From assembly GCA_963740355.1 (NCBI GenBank), contig CAVUDW010000001.1, positions 1-64,000 on the forward strand: DNA of 64,000 nt, given 5' to 3'. Shown in pieces: positions 57,692 through 64,000 of the stretch (within the stretch, counting starts at the first letter, position 1; the number at the start of each line of letters is the position of its first letter). The notes below the pieces were generated by a model that was not told the DNA's origin, made no database searches, and saw only the letters and a list, made by a program, of their open reading frames with translations. The DNA is from an uncultured Gemmatimonadaceae bacterium. Lineage in GTDB: Bacteria; Gemmatimonadota; Gemmatimonadetes; Gemmatimonadales; Gemmatimonadaceae. The position numbers and the translations under genes were made by a program.

Positions 57692-59893
57692 GTGGACGCG
57701 TCACTCCTCCCGATCGTCGCGGCAGCCACCGACCATCGCCTGACGATCCATGTCGGCACGTCCGCGTCGCTGGCTGCGCTATCGCTGTCGGTCACACTCC
57801 TGCATCGTGACGGACGCGTTGAATCGATCTCGAATTGGGGCGCGTTGGATGCACGCTCCGCAGCGTCGCTGGATTCGTCAACCGCCGTCGTGCTGCAGTG
57901 GGACGCGTGCGGCGACGGGATGCAAGTCGCCGCCACGATCACGAACAAGAGCGGGGCGGCGCTGACCCTCGAACAGCTGGATCTCCGTGTCGGCGGGATG
58001 GCGCAGTGGTGGGCTGTGCATGACACCGTACCGGCGGGCCTTCGCGTGGCATACTGCGGCGCGCATTCGCGATCGCAGACCAGTCGCAGTTTCGTCACAC
58101 AATTGCGCGACGACACTGCCCTCGAGTCGTGGTGGGTGGGCGCGCTGAGCGGCGCGACAGGTCCCGGCATCGTGCTTGGCGGCATGCGGCCAGAGCGCTT
58201 CGTCACACGAGTCCGTGTCGATAGTGACGCACTGTCGGCCGAAATTCCGCTCGAGCAGTGGACGCTGTCGCCCGGCGAGTCCGTCACGATCGATCCACTC
58301 TGGATCGGTGCGACGAGAGACGCTCCCCTTCTGGCGCTCGAGCGATTTGCCGAGCTTCTGGGTGCGGCGCAGTCGGCGCGACTGGCCGTCTCACCGCCAT
58401 CGGGTTGGGGCAGCTGGGGCCACTGGCTCGAGCGCATCGATGCCGGGTTGATGCGCGAGATGGTCCACGCGATCGATGGCAGCGCAGCCCTCCGGAACGT
58501 CATCGACATCGTGCAGATCGACGATGGGTGGTCCGAGTTGCTGGAATCACGTCGGGTGTCGGCGTCGTGGCGACCCAATCCGCGCTTTCCTTCGGGGCTT
58601 GCTCCGCTTGCAACGGAAATCGCCCGCACGGGCCGTCGCTGTGGTCTGTGGATCCTGCCCTTCACGGTCAACGCTGGCTCCGCAATCGTGGAGACGCACC
58701 CGGAGTGGCTGGTGCGCGATGAACACGGCGCGCCACAGCGTGTCGGTGGTAGCGAAGCGTATTGTCTCGATCCCACGCATCCCGATGCGGCGGCATGGCT
58801 GACCGAGCTCCTGCATCGGTTCGGCGACTGGGGGATCGATTACATCAAGCTCGACTTCCTGCGGGCGCTGCTCGCGCCGGACCCAGCCGAGTCGGACGAT
58901 TCGTTCCGTGAGCCGCGGCGCTATCACGCCGCCCGCACGCGTCTCGAGGCGTATCGCGCGGGGTTGGCCGTGATTCGTGCGGCGGTGGGCGACGCGACGA
59001 CGATAGTCGCCTGCTCTGCGCCAGCAGCGGCCGGCGTTGGCCTGATCGACTGTCATCGCATCGGTCCAGACATCGAGCGGGGTTGGACTGGCCGGCTGGC
59101 AGGCGTTCGTGACGCAGCGCGAGCTGTCGCGGCGAACTGGTTCTGGCAGTCACGGACTTGGGTGAACGATCCCGACTACCTGCTCGTGTGTGAATCGGAA
59201 GCGCTGACACGGTTCTGGGCCACGGTGGTCGCACTGAGCGGCGGTTCGGTGATCCTGAGCGCCGATCTGAGCACGATGTCGCCGTGGGCGGAAGCCATGC
59301 TGGCCTTCGTCCTGCCGCCGGTCGGCCGCTCCGCCCGTCCCCTCGACCTGTTCTCCCGTGGCCCTGAGCCGCGGCGCTGGGCGCTGCCGTTCGAACGCGA
59401 CGGCGAACGCTGGATGATGCTCGGGCTGCTGAATTGGGGTGATCGACCGATCGCAGAGCGCGTGGCCCCGACCGAGCTGCAGCTCGACGCACCACTGCAT
59501 GTCTGGGACGCCTGGCGCCAGCGGCATTCGATCGCTGAAACTGCGATCACAGTCCCGATCGAGGCGCAGTCCGCCGCGCTGCTGCGTTTGACGCCGGTTA
59601 CCGATGTGCCGACGATGATTGGTTCCGAGATTCACTGGGCCCAAGGGTGGATCGAGCTTCTCAGTGCGCGATTCGACGTGACCACCGGCGTCATGCGCAT
59701 CGTGCCGTCACCGATGGTGCCGCGGGCAGGTCGGATCTGGATCTGGGTGCCGGACGGTTGGGCACTCGAGCGAGGCGCCGTCGCAGGTGGCAAACAACTC
59801 GCGGTGGTCATGATCGATGGCCCGACCGAGGCAGTGATTATCTTTTCCCGCTCCACCACCGCCCCACTCGAGAGGACAACGCGTGTTAGTTGA
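57692..59893 (+). CDS. Alpha-galactosidase-like glycoside hydrolase (GH36)
   Basis: GWGSW, QIDDGW, RFP.GL, GLW..PF, LDPTHP, YIKLDFL, RIGPD, W.NDPD. Confidence 0.87.
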   Translation: MDASLLPIVAAATDHRLTIHVGTSASLAALSLSVTLLHRDGRVESISNWGALDARSAASLDSSTAVVLQWDACGDGMQVAATITNKSGAALTLEQLDLRVGGMAQWWAVHDTVPAGLRVAYCGAHSRSQTSRSFVTQLRDDTALESWWVGALSGATGPGIVLGGMRPERFVTRVRVDSDALSAEIPLEQWTLSPGESVTIDPLWIGATRDAPLLALERFAELLGAAQSARLAVSPPSGWGSWGHWLERIDAGLMREMVHAIDGSAALRNVIDIVQIDDGWSELLESRRVSASWRPNPRFPSGLAPLATEIARTGRRCGLWILPFTVNAGSAIVETHPEWLVRDEHGAPQRVGGSEAYCLDPTHPDAAAWLTELLHRFGDWGIDYIKLDFLRALLAPDPAESDDSFREPRRYHAARTRLEAYRAGLAVIRAAVGDATTIVACSAPAAAGVGLIDCHRIGPDIERGWTGRLAGVRDAARAVAANWFWQSRTWVNDPDYLLVCESEALTRFWATVVALSGGSVILSADLSTMSPWAEAMLAFVLPPVGRSARPLDLFSRGPEPRRWALPFERDGERWMMLGLLNWGDRPIAERVAPTELQLDAPLHVWDAWRQRHSIAETAITVPIEAQSAALLRLTPVTDVPTMIGSEIHWAQGWIELLSARFDVTTGVMRIVPSPMVPRAGRIWIWVPDGWALERGAVAGGKQLAVVMIDGPTEAVIIFSRSTTAPLERTTRVS

Positions 59894-60674
59894 TGTCACA
59901 GGCAAGGTGACGATCGTCACCGGCGCAGGCCGCGGGATTGGCGAGGCGATTGCAAAGCGTTTTGCCACGGAAGGCGCGCGACTCGCACTGTGGGAGCGTG
60001 ATCCAGCCAGTCTGGCGCGCGTCACCGCTGAGTTGCGTGCGATGGGCGCAGAGGTGCTTCCGCTGCAGGTTGACGTCAGCAATGCCGACGAGTGCACGAA
60101 GGCTGCCGCTGATACGCATGCGCACTTCGGCGACCTCGAGGTGCTGATCAACAACGCCGGTGTGGCACCATCGGGAACTGTCGAGACGATGGACATCGCC
60201 GCCTGGGACGAGACCTTTGCGGTCAACGTGCGCGGAGTCTTCCTCTGTTGTCGCGCCGTCTCGCCATACATGAAGGCGCGTCGCGGTGGCCGCATCATCT
60301 CGGCCTCGTCGTTCGCTGCCATCATTCCATCCTACGCGTTTGCCGCGTACGCCTCATCGAAGGCGGCAGTGGCATCGTTCACTCGCGTGCTGGCCGCCGA
60401 GCTTGGACCGTGGGACGTGACGGTGAATGCGTACGCGCCCGGCATGGTCCCGACCCAGATGAACGGTTTCACCAGCCTGCCCGAGACCCGTCAGCAGCAG
60501 TTGCTGGACACGCTCACGTTGCGCCGCTGGGGTGCCGCGGACGACGTTGCATCACTGCTGGTCTTCCTCGCATCGGCGCATGCCAGCTACATCAGCGGCA
60601 CGCTGATCGATGTCAGCGGTGGAAAATTCAGCGTGCAGTTCCCCCAGATGGCGCACCAGCAGGCAGGACTCTGA
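59883..60674 (+). CDS. Short-chain dehydrogenase/reductase (FabG-like)
   Basis: TGAGRGIG, NNAG, YASSK, VNAYAPG. Confidence 0.9.
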   Translation: MLVDVTGKVTIVTGAGRGIGEAIAKRFATEGARLALWERDPASLARVTAELRAMGAEVLPLQVDVSNADECTKAAADTHAHFGDLEVLINNAGVAPSGTVETMDIAAWDETFAVNVRGVFLCCRAVSPYMKARRGGRIISASSFAAIIPSYAFAAYASSKAAVASFTRVLAAELGPWDVTVNAYAPGMVPTQMNGFTSLPETRQQQLLDTLTLRRWGAADDVASLLVFLASAHASYISGTLIDVSGGKFSVQFPQMAHQQAGL

Positions 60675-60679
60675 GCCTG

Positions 60680-61324
60680 ATGCGCCTCGTCATCATCGGT
60701 ACTGGTGAGAACAGCGCGCAGGCGTGGTACATCCTGAAGCATCACTCCGATGTTGCCGTCGTTGGCTTCATCGATGATGACACCACGCGACACGGGACCG
60801 AACACTTCGGCCGTCCTGTACTGGGCGGGCGGGCGGCGCTCGAACATGTGCGGGCAACGCATTCCGTGACACATGCGCTGGTGGCCATCGGGAACAACGC
60901 CGTCCGGCGCGAGTTTGCGATGGCGGTGCGATCGTCGGGGCTTGCGCTTGCCAGCGCGATCCATCCGTCCGCGGTCATCGACGCATCTGCGCATCTCGGG
61001 CAGGGCTGCATCATCGAGATGGGCGTGTGCATTCATCCCGAGGCGAGCATCGGCGACGGCGTATTCCTCGGTGGCTCAGCAGTCGTGGCGCATCACTCCA
61101 CCATCGGCAGCTTCGCCCTCGTTGGCGGCGGAGTGGTCTTCGGCGGTCGCGTCTCGATCGGGCCGGAGGCGTTGGTTGGTGTCGGCGTCTCGATCCAACC
61201 GCATGTGTCCATCGGCGCACGCAGCGTCATTGGTGTCGGGTCGGCCGTGGTGAAGGACGTGCCGGACGACGTCGTCGCGGTGGGCGTGCCGGCGAAGGTG
61301 ATTCGTACGCTCGTTGCCTCCTGA
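60680..61324 (+). CDS. NeuD/PglD/VioB family sugar N-acyltransferase
   Basis: IIG.G, GFIDD, AIGNN..R, IHPSA, VAHH, hexapeptides, GVPAK. Confidence 0.9.
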   Translation: MRLVIIGTGENSAQAWYILKHHSDVAVVGFIDDDTTRHGTEHFGRPVLGGRAALEHVRATHSVTHALVAIGNNAVRREFAMAVRSSGLALASAIHPSAVIDASAHLGQGCIIEMGVCIHPEASIGDGVFLGGSAVVAHHSTIGSFALVGGGVVFGGRVSIGPEALVGVGVSIQPHVSIGARSVIGVGSAVVKDVPDDVVAVGVPAKVIRTLVAS

Positions 61325-61351
61325 TCTTCCGTTCACCACTGACCGACGAAC

Positions 61352-62902
61352 ATGCGCGTACTGACCGCAACCGACGCCGCCGCACTGGTGCGAGACGGCG
61401 ACACGTTGGCGAGTTCCGGCTTCCGTTTTGCGCAAGCCCCGGAAGAACTGCTGGAAGCCATCGGCCGTCGCTATCTCGACACGAGTGAGCCGAAGCAGCT
61501 TCGCCTGGTGTTCTCGTCCGCGCAGGGCGACAACGCGGGGCACGGGCTGGATCACCTCGCACACGAAGGCCTACTGCGGCAGGTGATCGGTGGGTTTTAC
61601 GGCACCACACCACGCCTCCGCCAGATGATCCTGGATGGAAAGTGCGAAGGCTGGAACCTGCCACAAGGCCAGATCGCGCTGCTGCACCGTGCGACAGCCG
61701 CTGGGCATCCCGGCGTTCTGACGCATGTGGGGCTCGACACATTCGTCGATCCGCGGCACGAAGGGGGGCGCATGAATACCCTGAGCACGGAAGCGTTCGT
61801 CGAACACCTGACGATGCACGGCAAGGACTGGTTGCTCTACAAGTCGTTCCCGATCCACGTGGCCCTCGTTCGCGCCACATCGGCCGACGAAATGGGCAAC
61901 CTGAGCGTGGAGCGCGAGGCGGTGCGCATGGAGACCCTCGCGCTGGCCGCTGCCGCGAAGAACAGCGGTGGCATCGTCATCGCGCAAGTGGAGCGGCTCG
62001 TGCGCACGGGGACGATTCACGCGCAACGCGTCGAGGTGCCGGGGCATCTCGTCGACTACGTGGTGGTCGCGGCCCACCCGGAGCGAACGCACCAGCAGAC
62101 GCTCGGAGAAGGATTCAATGCCTCGTACAGCGGTGAGATCCGCGTACCAGAGGCGCGGATGCCGGAACTCGACTTTGGCATCCGCAAGGTGATCGCACGC
62201 CGCGCCGCGCAGGAGTTGCGCCCTGGCATGGTCGTGAACCTCGGCCAGGGAATGCCTGAGGGCATCGGCCTCGTGGCGTCAGAGCTGGGCTTGATGGATC
62301 GACTCTGGACGAGCTTCGAATCAGGTGTGATCGGTGGTGTTCCCGTGAAGCACGTGAACTTCGGCGTGGCGATCAATCCGATGGCGATCGTTCGGCACGA
62401 CGAACAGTTCATGATCTACAATGGCGGTGGCGTCGACATGTCGTTCCTCGGGTTTGCCGAGATCGATGGCCATGGCTCGGTGAACGTGTCGAAGTTCAAC
62501 GGGCAGGTCACCGGCTGTGGTGGCTTCATCGACATCTGCATGCGAACGCATACGCTGGTGTTCTGCGGCCAGTTCGATGCCGGCCGCGCCGAGATCTCGA
62601 TCGGTGATGGCAGGGTCGAGATCGCGAAGCACGGCTCGCACAAGAAGTTCGTCCCGGAGGTCGAGCAGATCACCTTCAACGGGCGTGCCGCGGTCGCAGC
62701 CGGCCGGCGAATCCTCCTGGTCACGGAACGCTGCGTCTTTCAGCTCCAGACTGACGGCTGGAACCTGGTTGAAGTCGCGCCCGGCGTTCGTATCAAGGAA
62801 GATATTCTCGACCAGATGTCTTTCGCTCCGATCGTCGGCGATGTTGCGCTGATGGATGCCGAAATCTTCCGCGCGGGCAAGTGGACACCGAAGTCCACAT
62901 GA
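61352..62902 (+). CDS. Acyl-CoA:acetate/3-ketoacid CoA transferase (fused alpha/beta, YdiF/Pct-like)
   Basis: NLPQG, VGL.TFVDPR..GG, AD..GN, VNLG.G.P, catalytic-Glu motif ESG, NVS.F, GGFIDI, TERCVF. Confidence 0.9.
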   Translation: MRVLTATDAAALVRDGDTLASSGFRFAQAPEELLEAIGRRYLDTSEPKQLRLVFSSAQGDNAGHGLDHLAHEGLLRQVIGGFYGTTPRLRQMILDGKCEGWNLPQGQIALLHRATAAGHPGVLTHVGLDTFVDPRHEGGRMNTLSTEAFVEHLTMHGKDWLLYKSFPIHVALVRATSADEMGNLSVEREAVRMETLALAAAAKNSGGIVIAQVERLVRTGTIHAQRVEVPGHLVDYVVVAAHPERTHQQTLGEGFNASYSGEIRVPEARMPELDFGIRKVIARRAAQELRPGMVVNLGQGMPEGIGLVASELGLMDRLWTSFESGVIGGVPVKHVNFGVAINPMAIVRHDEQFMIYNGGGVDMSFLGFAEIDGHGSVNVSKFNGQVTGCGGFIDICMRTHTLVFCGQFDAGRAEISIGDGRVEIAKHGSHKKFVPEVEQITFNGRAAVAAGRRILLVTERCVFQLQTDGWNLVEVAPGVRIKEDILDQMSFAPIVGDVALMDAEIFRAGKWTPKST

Positions 62903-63642
62903 CGCGCGTCGCATTGGTCACCGGCGCATCGCGAGGCATCGGGCGCGCCTGTGCCATCGCGTTGGCGGAAGCAGGTTGCGACGTTGCGGTGAACTACAAT
63001 CGCGACGCGAAGGCTGCCGGGGAGGTCGTAGAGGCCATCGAGTCGCTCGGTCGTCGTGCGGTGGCGGTGGCCGCGGACGTCAGTGATCCCGCCGCTGTGC
63101 AGCGGCTCGTCGCGGACACCGTCGCGCAACTCGGCACCATCGCCGTGCTCGTGAACAACGCCGGAATCGCTCCGCTGACGAAACTGGAATCCATTCCGCT
63201 CGACGAATGGGATACGGTCTTCAACACCAACGCCCGTCCCCTGCTCCAGCTGACACAATTGGTGCTCCCTGGCATGCGCGAGCTCGGCTTCGGCCGCATC
63301 ATCACGATGACGTCGCAAGCTGGTGTGTCCGGAGGCGTCTTCATCGGCGCGCACTACGCCGCGGCGAAGGGTGCGATGATCACGCTCACCCGCAGCATCG
63401 CGAAAGCCACCGCTGCGACACCCGGCATCACGGCGAATTGTGTCGCTCCCGGCCTCATCGACACCGACCTCGTGGCCGGCTTTCCCGCCGCGGACGTGAG
63501 CCGAATGACCAAGGGCATCCCGATGCAACGCCTCGGAACGCCACGCGAAGTGGCCGACATGGTCGCATTTCTCTGTTCACCCGCGGCGAGCTACGTCACG
63601 GGCGCGCTCATCCCTGTTGACGGCGGCGTGCTCGCCGGCTGA
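62899..63642 (+). CDS. 3-oxoacyl reductase-like SDR (FabG-like)
   Basis: [30 protein letters not shown] coupling. Confidence 0.9.
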   Translation: MTRVALVTGASRGIGRACAIALAEAGCDVAVNYNRDAKAAGEVVEAIESLGRRAVAVAADVSDPAAVQRLVADTVAQLGTIAVLVNNAGIAPLTKLESIPLDEWDTVFNTNARPLLQLTQLVLPGMRELGFGRIITMTSQAGVSGGVFIGAHYAAAKGAMITLTRSIAKATAATPGITANCVAPGLIDTDLVAGFPAADVSRMTKGIPMQRLGTPREVADMVAFLCSPAASYVTGALIPVDGGVLAG

Positions 63643-63648
63643 GGCACC

Positions 63649-64000
63649 ATGCACCTGAATTTTACGCTGTACGGCTCACAGGTCACGTACGGCTGGCTGC
63701 CGGAAGGCGCCACGCTCATCAGTGGGCTCGGATTCGTGCAAGAGGCCGTGCGTCGCGGGTTTCGCGGTGCCGAGATCCCGACCCGCTGCCTCGAATCAGC
63801 GTCGGCCGAGGACCTGCTCGCCATCCGGGCGCTCGCTGATACCCACAATCTCGAAATCGTCCTTTCCGCTTTCGGGACGGACGTCGACTACCTCACCACG
63901 ATGACGCGGCACGCGACCGTGCTTGGCGCCAGCGTCGTTCGCACGGTGGTTGGTGGCGCTGACTACGGCGGGGATAGGCGCGCGTACGCTGGCGGCCTTT
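63649..64000 (+). CDS. Partial sugar-phosphate isomerase/epimerase (xylose-isomerase-like TIM barrel), truncated by the window end
   Basis: Open frame MHLNFTLYG...RRGFRGAEI...IR..AD..NLEI...A..LGA.VVRT running off the end. Confidence 0.6.
   Translation, partial: MHLNFTLYGSQVTYGWLPEGATLISGLGFVQEAVRRGFRGAEIPTRCLESASAEDLLAIRALADTHNLEIVLSAFGTDVDYLTTMTRHATVLGASVVRTVVGGADYGGDRRAYAGGL

Noticed and set aside
60248..60679. Extended starts in the ORF track (60248, 55189, 56995, 39036, 5500, 42383)
   Set aside because: They overlap upstream genes; downstream starts give coupled junctions and family-typical N-termini

Overview
GC-rich bacterial window, most likely Gemmatimonadota (inferred from protein types, not proven). 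It starts with two tRNAs and is otherwise one continuous surface-glycan island with three parts. (1) 303-11505: a Wzx/Wzy O-antigen/capsule-type operon. (2) 14980-47047: an exopolysaccharide (EPS) locus resembling the Myxococcus xanthus eps pathway, with a short OPX plus beta-barrel, Wzc plus stand-alone pseudokinase, Wzy, GT2, WecB/TagA, GH44, an EpsC-like acetyltransferase and a priming transferase. (3) 47195-64000: a Wzi-like pair, a split pgl-like module and a sugar/acyl-CoA tailoring operon. The main candidate for an undescribed system is in part 2. A thioesterase-less NRPS (C-A-T-C*-A*-T, second module degenerate) is the last gene of the ~17 kb EPS operon. Nearby are a PPTase, a pair of alpha/beta hydrolases with Cys and Arg at the nucleophile position, an acyltransferase-FkbH fusion and an acyltransferase-ACP fusion. 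I infer a carrier-protein assembly line that builds an acyl/glyceryl-aminoacyl group and transfers it to the polysaccharide. Three local frameshift clusters may be sequencing errors. All calls come from manual motif reading; no searches were run.
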